The notes under the pieces are model-generated. The model made no database searches. It saw nothing but the letters and a program-made list of their open reading frames with translations, and was not told the origin of the DNA. Positions 52,226 to 64,000 of a stretch of DNA of 64,000 nt are shown piece after piece; the first letter of the stretch is position 1; each line of letters begins with the position of its first letter. The position numbers were made by a program, and so were the translations under genes. The DNA is taken from assembly GCF_018350175.1 (NCBI RefSeq), contig NC_058383.1:5210001-5274000 (forward strand), given 5' to 3'. The DNA is from Felis catus. Lineage: Eukaryota.

Positions 52226-53772
52226 GTTTCAAGGACAGGTGCAGGGGTGGGGAGAGAACCGGGGAGAAGGAAAACATAAGGTCTAACTCACCTTGATGAA
52301 TGAGGAAGATACAAAATTAAACACTTGGAGAAGAAATCTTTCTGCCTAGATTCTAATGGCGAAAGGCCAATGAGGATATGCTACCATCAGGATCAGAATA
52401 TCTGGCTTGAGGGACATCAGCCAGTGGTGGCAAGAAGGATCAGCCTCCTAGGAGCAAAGACAAAGACATTGTTAGGAACAGTTATTAATACCAGCAAACA
52501 GTTGAGAGTTTCCTGTGCCCCAGGCACCTCTTCTATATGATTTGTTAACTCATTTACAACACGACTATGAAGTAGGTATAATTAGCATTTCCATTTTACA
52601 GATTAGAAGTTAATTACTTTGCTCATGATCTCACAATTAGTGTCAAGACATATATTCCTCAGCGTTGAACTGTGTGTGCACAGATTTACTGTAAGACTGA
52701 AAACGGGGGCTTGCGATGGGGATTTTCTTAGGTGGGCAGGACAGCATATGCAAAGGCTGAAATGAAAGACAGTGAGGGAAGAGAGAGCTCAGAGTGTAGA
52801 TGATCTTAAAGAGTTGTTGCAGCAAATCCACATCTCTCTCTGGAAAATATCTCAGCTTAGTACAAATAAGGAGGACTACAGAGGTTTTGCTGTTACCAGA
52901 GTGGTTTCTCTGATCTCAACGTTGGCCATCAGTGTCTGTGGTGAGATGAAGTCTCCTGGACATAACTGCTTATGGGGTAATAAGGTAATAAATACATTAG
53001 AGCTAATAAAAGAATATATTAATAGTATCACTATTGTGATATTATTGTATACCAGGTATATCTTCTATATAATCTATATGAACTACACATGCTAACTCAT
53101 TAATTATATTCAAAAACACTTTGAGGAAGGGAGAATTAGATGTCCCTTTTATAGGTACCAAAAAACGAAAAGGAAATGGCTTAAAAACAAATAAAACCAT
53201 GAAAGCTCCACCAGGCAAATAAACGGGGTGGAGAGTAGTCAAAAAGGGAGTATCATGGGCAATACATCTCCCATCACTGCTGGGAGATCTGAAAATATTC
53301 TTCATCTGTGTCCTAACTCTGTTATAGAAGCTCTGTATGTTAGTATTTAAAATGCAAGAATAGACAGGTTCTTGAAGTCAAATCATTTACTGAAAAAAGC
53401 AAGTTTTAGAACAATACATACAACATGTGGTAAGAATCCCAAAACTAAAGTCCAAACTATTATATGCTTTCTATGGGAACATGTCTGTGCATGTAAATGA
53501 ATAGAAAAAGATTTGGGCAAACAGAAAGTGAAAAGCACTTAATTCTCCAAAGGGGGAAGATGGGACAGAGTCTAGTCAAATGGAACGTGACTCACACGGA
53601 ATGTTTCATATATATTTTCCCAGAAGGGTTTACCTATTCCTCGCGTAATGATATTAATAAACATTTTGTTTTGAGAAGGCATGTGTTTGACTCTAGAAAA
53701 GTGCACCCTTAAGGCATTAGTGAGCATAACAGAGAAAATGCTTTGAGGTAGTTATAAAAGATGATAAACAAA

Positions 53773-53983
53773 AGGGGCGCCTTGGTGGCTGAGTGGGCTG
53801 GGCGTCCAACTCTTGAGTTTGGCTCAGGTCATGATCTCATGGTTTGTGGGGTCCAGCCCCGAGTCCCAAGTCGAGCTCTGTGCTAACAGCACAGAGCCTG
53901 CTTCTGTCTCCCCCTCTCTCTGCTCCTCCCCCACTCGGGCACTTGCGTGCACACTCTCTCAGAATAAACATTAAAAAAAAAAA
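53773..53983 (+). mobile_element. Can-SINE
   Basis: SINE consensus. Confidence 0.88.
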
Positions 53984-54924
53984 GGTGATGTACAATAAAA
54001 AATTTATTTCTGCACTGTAAAATTTGAGAGGTTGGTTCTAGGATTTCTGGCCAGCAAGTTTCATATGTTTGCTCCGGGAGGAGCTACTTTATACAGCTAG
54101 CAGTTATGAGTAGGTACTGAGTAATCTGAAGTTCCTTTTTATAAATATGTCCTTACACTTTCATGTTAAGAACTTATTGGAAGGAGTCATTCCAGACATT
54201 AAAATGTTTTAAGTGTTCATCTGAGCAATAAAATCGTTCATTTACGTGTTTAATTGCAGGGTCCTCTTTATGAGTTTGCACACAAGTGAGAAAAAATGAT
54301 GGGTCAGTTAGCAGAATTCTTGCACTATTAGGTGAGGAGAGGAGAGGGATGTTAAGAGGACCTGAGAAAGGTGAGTAGGAAAGAACCAGGTGACATGGGG
54401 GCTGGGCAGGCAGTGTGACACAGGTGGAACAGCACAGGTCCGGCTGAGGGTTTGGAGGCCCAGTGGCTAACTCAGCTCAGAAAAATATCCCAGAGTGAAC
54501 CCGGATAAAAAAAGAAGACCAAAGGAGAGACTACTCCTTGGACTCAGAGTTTCCCTGGTGGGGAGTTTGGTACTGTTAATAACCCTGTTTTACACTCAGG
54601 AAAATGAGGTAGGAGGTTAAGTAACTAGGTTAACACATCAGTACAAATCTAGCCTTGCCAGAGATCCCCAAATATTTCCTACTGTAGCCTAATGACTCCC
54701 CCAACAGCTCTGAATAAGCTGACTGAGAGACACCATGAAACAAAGTGAAAACAATGAAGAATAGACCTACTTCAAGGCAGAGGGTTCTCAAAGAACCAGA
54801 GAAAAGAGTGAGTCGCAGAACAATATGTAAAGTTGCACCTTGTGAGGCAATAAAAACACAAACCCTAAATAATATGTATTTTCTGTGGGGTTATGTGTAT
54901 GTACAAATAAGCATAAAAATATAG

Positions 54925-55268
54925 AGGCATCTGGGTGGCTCAGTGGGTTAAGCCTTGGATTCTTGGTTTCTGTTCAGGTTGTGATCTCACAGTTCCTTGG
55001 ATTGACCCTCGAGTTGGGCTCTGTGTTAACTGGACAGAGCTTACTTGGGATTCTCTCTCCCTCTCCCTCTGCCCCTCCCCTGCTGGCGTGCACTCTCTCT
55101 CAAAATAAATAAATAAACTTAAAAAATATATGTGTATACATACATATAAATATATTTGTACAGCCTGGGGCACCTGGCTTGCTCAACTGTGGAGTATGCG
55201 GCCCTGGGTTAGGGGTTGTGAGTTAGTGCCCCGTGTTGGGTGTAGAGATTACTTAAACATAAAAAAAT
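54925..55268 (+). mobile_element. Two Can-SINEs (long and short types)
   Basis: Heads at ~54925 and ~55167. Confidence 0.85.
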
Positions 55269-55599
55269 CTTGGAATATCTACATACTGGAGTTACATAGA
55301 CAGTATGTAAGCAAATATATTTATTGGGATTTGTGTGTATGTAAATACAATCATATACACGTTTTATATGTATAAAATTATCTATATTTTATGCATTTAC
55401 ATACATGCATATGTATATATGTGTACACACACACACCCACGCATATATCCTTACATTATTACCTGGCGTTTATGTTTTACTGTCTTACAATATGGCATTT
55501 TACGTACTGATCCCCAACTTGTTTATATATGTGCGTTTGCTAATGAAATAAAAATCAGGACGCTCAATTTATAAATTGCTTACTTCAGGGGAGGGGAGA

Positions 55600-56050
55600 A
55601 AAACCGAGACTGGGTGTAATGGCCAGCCGGAACTCTAGACCTTCTCGAGGACCGCCGAGAGGGGCGGCCGGGACCTCAGGTTGGGGACCCCCGGCCGTGG
55701 CAGGAACCCAGAGTCCATGCCCCTTGGGCCTCAACGCGAGACCAGCCCACCAGAGCGCCTGCGCGTGGGTTGCGCCTCTGCAGAACGAGCCCATCCTTAC
55801 CTCCCAGGAGAGGCGAAGGGCGGAGCCTGCGGAAGGGCCCGCCCCCGCCAGCGGCGCGCGGGAGGCCGGGCGGGTCTTCCGCCTTGCGTGGGGCTACTTC
55901 CGGATCCGGTGGCGAAAGGCGCGAGGTCCGAGTGCGGCGGCGCTGGGCTGGCGGGCTGGCGGGCTGGCGGGCTGGCGGGCTGGCTCTGGGCGGGCGGTGG
56001 TAGGAAGTAGCTCCCGGCCCCGGGGGGAAGGGCTGGGACCCCAGGCGTGT
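55600..56050. promoter_or_regulatory. Second CpG island / promoter (NRF1, ETS, Sp sites)
   Basis: CpG-rich; GCGCCTGCGC at 55755-55764, ACTTCCGG at ~55896, CGGAAG/CTTCCG, CCCGCCCC; no recognisable coding exon. Confidence 0.85.
55945..55984 (+). repeat. (GGGCTGGC)5 tandem repeat
   Basis: Five perfect 8-mers inside the CpG island. Confidence 0.95.
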
Positions 56051-56989
56051 TGGCTAGGGGTCAAGTTGGCTCTTCTTGTAGAGGGAACGGCTTGTGGACC
56101 AAGAGCAGGGTGTTGGAAGATGTGTGGGGTGTTGGAAGATGTGTGTGCAGCACACCTCAGTTAACCGTTGAAAGAAGCTGTAACCGTCAGAAAATCTTCT
56201 CACCTTAAAGCAGGAGAGTAAAGGATGTCAGAGGCAGACACTCCCAACAGGCTCAGAGTTACTCTGATTTGGAAGATGATACTTAGCGCACGGCAGCTAG
56301 AATCTAGTCTCCCAGGAGCCAAGACTAAAGGAGCAGACCTAATCAAAGAAAATAACGCTGCTGGGTGATAAAGAGTTGGCCGAAAATATGTCAGTGGGTT
56401 TAGTTCTCACCGCGATCCCAGAAAGTTAGGTGGTAGCAGAATCTTCTTGACAAAGGAACTGGGGCACAGGTTAAATACTGTGTTTAAAATCACAGCTGGT
56501 AGCGGCAGAAGTCCCTGTAAACGTTGAAATGGATACAGATGTTGTTTTTCAAGTTGTCTGTATTATGGACATATTGGAGAGGCCTAATTCCCCTGCAGCT
56601 TGGGGGATGGCTCAATTAACCACGGACCATCCAGTTATGGAATACTGTTGTCCTAACGTGGGAAGTTCCCCCAGGACATATTTTGGAATGGAGAACAAAA
56701 TGCACGTTGCAGAACAATATGTATTTTGTCATTGTTTTAGGCAAAACCAGCCCCTCAAAACAGTGCTGCTTTAGTGTGGTAGACATCAATGGTAAGCGAA
56801 TAGAAGAAAAACTGAATAAGCTATACTAAACTGATACAGTGACCAGGGGAGGGAAGGGGGCAGGGATTTATGGTAGTTATGGTAAAATAGAAGTTTATTC
56901 TCTCTCCTGGTTTTTGGACAGGGATGTAGTCAGAAAAACATGTATATGTTCCTTATATAATAATTTTAAAGTGACTAAAAATTACTGTT

Positions 56990-57152
56990 TTTTAAATTTA
57001 TTTAGAAAGAGAGAGTGGGGGGGAGCGGGGCAGAGGGAGAAAGAGAATCCCAAGCAGGCCCCACGCTCAGTGCAGAGCCAGACATGGGGCTCGACCCCAT
57101 GACCCTAGGACCATGACCTGAGCTGATATCAAGAGTTGGGCGCTCAACCACC
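56990..57152 (-). mobile_element. Can-SINE
   Basis: TSD actaaaaattac. Confidence 0.85.
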
Positions 57153-57474
57153 ACTAAAAATTACGTTTTTTATCCTTTGAGCGCCCAGTCCATTATACAT
57201 GGCATTTGAATAATTTGGGAGATAAAATGCACCATTAAAGGGTGAAGAATTGGGGGTTATGAGAATATGAATATAAAAATATTCTTGGGGAATCCCCAAA
57301 AAGGACACTAAAAGACATTTGAAACAGTGCAGTATTTCATTGTTTAGTCTCAAGGAGCTTACAAAACTTTACACCTATTCTAGGTCGACATTATGTAGCT
57401 TATTGGATGGAAACCAAAAGCTGTTAATATCTGCTTTTTCAAATATGCATCCTGATATTTTTAGTTGAAATATA

Positions 57475-57626
57475 TTTTAAAAGTTTATTTGTTTTGAGAG
57501 AGAGAGAGGGTGCCATGAGGCTCTGCACTGTCATCCTGGAGCCCAATGTGGGGCTCGAACTCATGAACTGCAAGATCATGACCTGAGCTAAGTCATTGCT
57601 TAACAAGCTAAGCCACCTAGGCACCC
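57475..57626 (-). mobile_element. Can-SINE
   Basis: TSD agttgaaatat. Confidence 0.85.
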
Positions 57627-58133
57627 TTCAGTTGAAATATTTTATAGCAGAACTTTATAAAATGGGGATTTTTTACTTACAAAGTTATTCATTTTAATAT
57701 TATGAATGATGTGCTAAAATCTTATACATAACAGTTTCAGAAACCTTTTTTAAAAATTGTTAAAAAGAAAAAACCCATCTCTTGCACATTGCCCTGGGGC
57801 TGAGGCCCCCAAACCAAAAGACATAAGTCCCAGGATTGAAATGGGATTTTCAATGGGAAGTGGGATCCACTCTAATTGGCAATAACCACTTGAAGTTGCC
57901 ATTGAAAATATATCAGTTGACGTGAGGAATGTAAGAACCAATTTTGATTTGAAGATCCCTAGGTTACTCACTTTATTTGGGAAAGTAAAGAAGAAAGTAG
58001 AAATAGATGTAGTCACCTGAAAAGTCCCCTTTTCTTTGGGACTTCTGTCAAGTGGTTGGAAAGATCCCAGTAAGTTAGAGTTCTAATCCTGATGACGTCA
58101 CAACCGTTGCTTGGTAGCAAACCAGCTCAACAA

Positions 58134-58243
58134 TTTTTTTAAGATTTTATTTTTAAGTAATCTCTATACCCAATATGGGACTCAAACTCACAACCCTAAG
58201 ATCAAGAGTCACATGTTCTATGACTGAGCCAATCAGGCACCCC
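58134..58243 (-). mobile_element. Short Can-SINE
   Basis: Reverse short-type consensus. Confidence 0.82.
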
Positions 58244-58321
58244 AGATAAACAGAATTTTCAAGAGGTGTTAGTTTAGGGCATTCCTCACCCTGATAAGAT
58301 GCTAGAAGTCTAGTTTAGCAT

Positions 58322-59372
58322 ATGTATTCGTTGTTGCTGTGTAACAAATTATCCCCATGAAAACATACATTTTTCCCCACCATTTCTGAGGGTCAGGAAT
58401 CTGAGAGCAGTGTAGTTTGGTAGTTCTGGCTCAGTCCTTTTTTTGGGTTGCAGACAAGCAGTTGTCCTGGGCAGTAGTCACCTGCCATCTCAAGATGGCA
58501 GCATCCCAAGACATCTGGCTTGCTCAGGTGGTGGAGCGTGCAACTCTTGATCTCGGGGTTGTGAGTTCGAATTCCATGTTGGGTATGGAGATTACTTAAA
58601 AATAAAGTCTTTAAGGGCCGCCTGGGTGGCTCAGTCAGTTAAGCATCTGACTCTTGATTTCAGCTTAGGTCATGATCTCACGGTTCGTGGGTTCGAGCCT
58701 TGCATCAGGCTCCTGTGGAGCCTGCTTGGGATCCTCTCCCTCTCTCTGTGAGGCCCCTCCTCTTTTGCCCCTCCCCCCTCTCAAAATAAATAAGCAAACT
58801 TTTTTAAAAAGATGGCAGGGGCGCCTGGGTGGCTCAGTCAGTTAGGCGTCCAACTTTGGCTCAGGTCATGATCTCAAGTTTGTGGGTTCGAGCCCTGCAT
58901 CGAGCCCTGTGCTGTCAGTTCAGAGCCTGGAGCCTGCTTCGGATTCTGTGTCTCCCTCTCTCTCTGTCCCTCCCCCACTCACACTCTGTCTCTGTCTCTC
59001 AAAAAATGAATAAACGTTAAAAAATTTTAAAAAAACAACAACAACGATGGCAGTATCCCATCTACTGGGGATGAAGAATCTGCTCCAAGTGCACTTCTGT
59101 GTTGCTGGAAGGCCTCAGTTCCTCATCAGTTGGGCCTCAGTATTATGGCTGGTCACAACATGCCAGCTTGTTTCCCCCGAGTGAGAGATGAAGGAGAGAG
59201 AGCAAGATGGAAGCCACAGTGTCTTTTAAACTAATGAAGTTTCATATCATCTATTCTCTGTGTGCTAGTGATCCTACAGACCGACGTTAGGACAATGTGA
59301 GAGGGAACTTGAAGAGTATGAAGACCAGGCAGCAGACATCATTGGACACCATCTTGAAGGGCAACTTCTATG
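58322..59372 (-). mobile_element. MLT1H-like MaLR LTR with three stacked + SINEs (58508-59035)
   Basis: ttgctgtgtaacaaattatcccc...gggtcaggaatctgag...caagatggaagccacagtgtctttta...ccatcttg. Confidence 0.75.
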
Positions 59373-60649
59373 GTGTGGGGCCATTTTCCAAACTCTCACT
59401 CCCATTGATAATTACCAGATACCTACAGGGTGCCTAAAGCTAGAGTAGAAATAAAGGAATTAGAAACAATGTAGAAATTGGGAGAATACAACACTGGTAC
59501 AATTTCCTTACCATCGGGTGAATGAGTCCTCAGGGAAGAAGGTAAAACGTATACGACCACAGTTTTACACAGCATACTAAACTCAGTATTAGTTACCTTG
59601 TATAATATTCTGAAATCTCTCTTTGTTGATCCATCCAGCTGGTTTTAATTACCCACTATATAAATGAGATATTTCTACGTTTTCCATCTTATTACTCCCA
59701 AACATGTATGGAAATGCCATTAAATTTTTACCATTGAGGTTTATAGTACCTGTGTTGGGTAACCATAATATGTAACATGATGATTAATAAAGGTAGTAGT
59801 GGAGGCTTCCTCTGATGATCCTGATCCTCCTCCAATTGAGAGAACTGACTTTGAAGTTCATGTGGATATTGATGGGAAAGCTTCATTCACATTAGGGAGC
59901 TTGATACTGGGATTGGTAGAGGAGAGACTGGGTTGGCAATTTGTGCACACACCTACATACACAAGTGGACAAATACAGACAGACACACACCTACACTACC
60001 CGAAAGAGGAAGTTCTACTCTGGAATGTGAACTGTTTCGTTCCATGGTTTCTGGAATTGTTTTTCTAGTTTGGATTAAATTGAAAGATGCACGTGACTCT
60101 AGTAGCAAAAAGCACTGATAGTCCGTGGCATGACGTGGCAACAGAGATCCACACAATATTGCCTTGCATTCTTGTAATCAACTTTGAGAAAACCCATCCT
60201 TGCCATGAAGAAGTTTCCATCTCTTTAGAGAGTTTGTCTTTGCTTCATTGTGAGGGAAAAGCCATAATGCACCTGCAGTATAGGTGGAGAAGGTGGATGA
60301 AGGGGCCAACTATGCAGCCAATGGCCAACAATTGTTAAGTCACTGAGATTTCTGTCCTCCTTCTCGTGTGACTCCATCACTGCTCTAGAGGCTGTAACCT
60401 CAAGAACAATTTCCACCTATGCTCTGGCACTCTCATGAATGCTTAAGTCATGGGTCTTACATTTCTGTTCATTCACCAGTGTCATCCCATAGTCTACTGT
60501 GAGAGTGGTCCAAGCAGAGACTGGCAAGGAAGCCTGGAGTACCTCTTGCAAGGCCTTGTAAGCCATGCAGAGGAGTCTGAATTTTGTTCTAAATGCATTG
60601 GAAGGGCTGACCCATCATAAGACCCAACTGGCCCTCCTGCTTTCATCTT

Positions 60650-61056
60650 CAGTTAACTACTTTCATTTTGAGAAATATCTTTTGGCCGGTCCTGGGCCTT
60701 AGTAGAGACTGAATGCTTAGGTATGGGCCATCACATTACCATGTAACCTAAGCTGCTTTTCATGAAATGGGTGTTACCTGACCCACTAAGCCACAAAGTT
60801 GGGTGTGTGCAGAAGTACTCCATCATCAAATGGAAGATCATGCCCAAGTAGGCCCTGAATGTACAGATTCCATGAAGAAATGGCTCGAATGCCCATGGCT
60901 TCCACTTTTGCTATAATACCTTCTCTCTGCAAGCCTGCATGTATGGCTTCATGGGGGGAGTTCTCTATGACCAGAGCTTATACAGAGAGAGGGAAGACTT
61001 GGCCTTTGTTTATAGATGGTTCTGCACAATAGGAAAAGTGGACAGCTGCAGCACCT
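60650..61056 (+). mobile_element. ERVL internal pol (connection/RNase H) fragment
   Basis: Degraded WALVETE..MGH....WVL.DP.SHKVG..Q..SIIKWK...DGSA...KWTAAA typical of ERVL pol. Confidence 0.8.
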
Positions 61057-61164
61057 TGAATCTAGTTGAATCATAGTAACAGTTTTATAATATTCATTTG
61101 CATATGTAATATGTTTATTTCCCTATTGATGTAATAAATAAGGGAGTCCAAAAGGAATCCAGCC

Positions 61165-61565
61165 CCAGAGGAATCTCTTTTTGGGGTGACAAAAAGTGTT
61201 CTAAAATCAGATAGCGTTGGGGCACGTGGGTGGCTCAGTCCATTGAGAGTCTTACTCTGGATTTTGGCTCAGGCCATGATTTCACGGTTTGTGAGATTGA
61301 GCCCCGTGTCTGGCTGTGTGCTGACAGCACAGAGCATTCTTGGGATTCTCCCTCTCCCTCTCTCCCTCTGCCCCTCCCCTGCTGGTGCTCTCTCTCTCTC
61401 TCTCTCTCAAAATAAATAAATAAATAAACATTAAAAAAAAATATCAGATAGTGGTGATGGTGGCCCAACTCTGTGTATCTAAAAACCAGTAATTTGTACA
61501 TTTGAAAATAATTTTAGAATGAGTTTTATGGTGTATAAATTATCTCAATACAGCTGTCATAAAAA
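61165..61565 (+). mobile_element. L1 3' tail fragment with a SINE (61219-61441)
   Basis: tctttttggggtgacaaaaagtgttctaaaatcagatag...tatctcaatacagctg; TSD atcagatag. Confidence 0.8.
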
Positions 61566-61589
61566 CATAGATTGCAATGAAAGATGACG

Positions 61590-62032
61590 TGGGAAAAAAT
61601 CCTGGCCCCAGATACAGCAGGTTGTGTGGCCTTAGGTGAGGTATTTATTTGAAAAGCTCTCTTTGCATCTATGTTTGCAACTATAAAATAGGATAATTAC
61701 AGCACTTAGCTTGTAAATTTGTAATGAGGATTGAGTGAGTTAATATTTGTGAAAGCACAGAACAGGATGAAGGAGTGGAATTGACACAGTGCTCAGTAAA
61801 CATTGCAATTATTATTATTATTATTATTTTAATGTTCATTTATTTTTGAGAGGGAGAGAGACAGAGGATGAGTGGGCAAGGAGTAGAGAGAGAGGGAGAC
61901 ACAGAATATGAAGCAGGCTCCAGGGTCTGAGCTGTCAGCACAGAGCCCTACGCGGGGCTCGAACTCATGAACCATAAGATCATGACCTGAGCCGAAGTTG
62001 AATGCTTAACCGACTGAACCACCTAAGCGCCC
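61590..62032. mobile_element. MIR followed by a minus-strand SINEC (61808-62032)
   Basis: ctataaaataggataattacagcac...gtgctcagtaaac; SINE TSD ttgcaattattatt. Confidence 0.8.
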
Positions 62033-62079
62033 TTGCAATTATTATTTTGTTACTAGCATCAAAAAACCTCTGCGACCTA

Positions 62080-63445
62080 TGCTGTGTTGTTTTCAATGTT
62101 CATGAGAAGACATGTAGACATACACATATATACGTATCCTTGGGCACATCTGGAAGTGTCTAAAGAAAACCTCAATGGAGATTAAATTACTGGATCTTGG
62201 GTATGCGTCATTTGACTTTACTCAATATCACTGAATAGCTCTTTAGTGATGTATGATAGCTCCTTTTCCTCCACATCCCCAACCACACTTGGTATGAAAG
62301 ACTAATTTTGCAAAAATGACACTTTGAAATGATTTTGTTTAATTTGCCTTTACCTGCCCCTGGTGAAAGTTGTGTGTCTTTTTCTATGTTTATTGGCAAT
62401 TTGGGCTCCTGTCCAGTTAATTGCATATTTAATATTGCATGTTCATATGCTATATCATGTTTCTATTTTTTAATTTATAGGCAGCCCAGATATATTCTGG
62501 ACACGGAATGAAGGTTGACCCTCATGTTTTAGATGATGGACAAATGGATGGATTGTGTGCTACCTAAATGAATGAAGAGAGGTAGTGGGAAACAAATTTT
62601 AGGAGAAATATCAAGAGTTTGCTTTCAGAAATTTGAGATGCTTTCGAGTCGTCCAAGAGACAAAGTCTGTGCTGCAGAGATACATTTGGGAGTTGTCAGC
62701 CCACAGATAGTATGCAAAGTGATAGCCATGCATGTGGTTATCTCCTGAGAGAATGTGGGGTGACATGACAAGAGCAGAATTATGCTTTTGGAGGGGAGAG
62801 TCCAGAAACTGATACTGAGATCGAGGGCTAGTAAGATAGAGAAAAACTCGAATTTTTCTAGAAAAACTAGATATCATGGAAGATAAGAGAGGAATGTGCT
62901 CCTGCCTAACCCCCCATTTTTGTAATGGCTGCATCAGGTTTCATTGCAAGGGTGTACCATAACTGCTCTTCTTCTTGGAATTTGGATTTATGCCAGTGCT
63001 TTTCTATTATAAACTACACTTTGATGAACACTCTTATAGATTTATCTTTTTTCACCACTCTGATTATTTCCTTTGTATATACTCCTGCATGTAGGTTTAA
63101 GAGTATGCCTATTTAAAACTTTTCACTGTAAGTTGAACATGGTCTTCTAGAAATGTTGCTTTCATTTATATTGCTACCTGAATGGGTTTGCTGTTTTCTC
63201 CATTCTGGTGGTGGTGGAAAGTGGCAAGAACTCAATATTGCATACCAACTTTTTGATTGGTTGTAAAGTGTGCCATTGTAAGTGACTCAGTCAATTACAC
63301 TGTCTTCTAGTCTATAACTAGTGTTGCGATTATTAAAGTTTAGCTGGATCATTTTGCTCATTTTTAATCTGTTCCTTAGAATAAATTTCTGAAAGCAGAA
63401 TTGATGAGTCTAAAGTATTTGTATTTTTAAATTTGTGGATACATG
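62080..63445. mobile_element. Old L1 (minus) and L2 fragments
   Basis: aaattactggatcttgggtatg...; L2-like gagatacatttgggagttgtcagc at ~62675. Confidence 0.6.
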
Positions 63446-64000
63446 TAGATAAATCAACAGGGCATGGAAAGAGGCATCCCTAATCTTTGGTGGGAGTTAT
63501 TTGAAGAACCATATCCAAATTGCTTCTATCAGGTTGAATGCATCCTGTATGACTTTGTAAGAAAACTGTGCTCAAAATTCTTAAGCAATACCACTTTTAC
63601 ACATTGCACTGGGGTTGAGACTCAAAATCTGAAAGGCGTTTTATTCCAACTGCATAATCTGATCTGAGAGCCAAAAACAAAAATTATTTCCAGCAGCATT
63701 GTGTTGGCAACCAAGTCATCAGAGACATCTCCAGAGGGCAGAGGATTTTTGAAGTTAAAAGCTTCAAATCACAGTCAATGCAGTGTGGCCGTGGGATCAC
63801 TTGGAAAAGGCAGCCTCAGGTTTGAAAGTATTTCCGTTGAAAGTTCAGTCTCAAAAGCAGCGAAATTTTTGCTAGGTTGGATTCAGTTTGGCATTTCCCT
63901 TTTTTGTTGTTGGTCTAACGGTTGACCAAAATAGGTTCAGTTCTTGTTGAGATAGGTCTTGTAGATGCTTTTGATTTTTTTTTTTTAAACACATGGCAAA

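Noticed and set aside
52772..53095. 107-aa ORF
   Set aside because: GTG start, no recognisable domain, runs into AT-rich repeat-derived sequence
55585..56164. ORFs in the distal island as EIF2AK1 exon 1 (expected neighbour by synteny)
   Set aside because: No frame resembles the EIF2AK1 N-terminus as I recall it; the ORFs look like GC artefacts
1..64000. CRISPR arrays, rRNA/tRNA genes, operon-like systems
   Set aside because: None seen; the window is mammalian intron and intergenic DNA

Overview
Mammalian genomic DNA, almost certainly a felid because it carries about 49 Can-SINE/SINEC copies, including young SINEC_Fc types. The left half holds the 5' part of USP42 (ubiquitin-specific peptidase 42) on the minus strand: a CpG-island promoter with non-coding exon 1 (donor at 32820), then exons 2-5 (28202-28451, 25479-25679, 2769-2879, 1056-1158). 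All splice sites are GT-AG, phases are consistent, and the exons encode residues 1-219 including the catalytic Cys box. The gene continues off the left edge. Intron 3 (22.6 kb) is almost entirely a three-level nest of antisense L1 elements plus SINEs. The right half is repeat-rich intergenic DNA (L1, L2, MIR, ERVL/MaLR LTRs, MER DNA transposons, SINEs) with a second CpG-island promoter at about 55.6-56.05 kb that has no recognisable coding exon. The most interesting sequence-derived hypothesis is regulatory. The proximal exon 1 creates a strong-Kozak uORF whose stop overlaps the USP42 start (AUGA), whereas the distal island has a strong minus-strand donor and an AUG-free leader, so promoter choice could switch USP42 translation. 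I see no evidence for a new protein-coding gene or a prokaryote-type system. Repeat family names come from recall of consensus sequences, and repeat boundaries are approximate.
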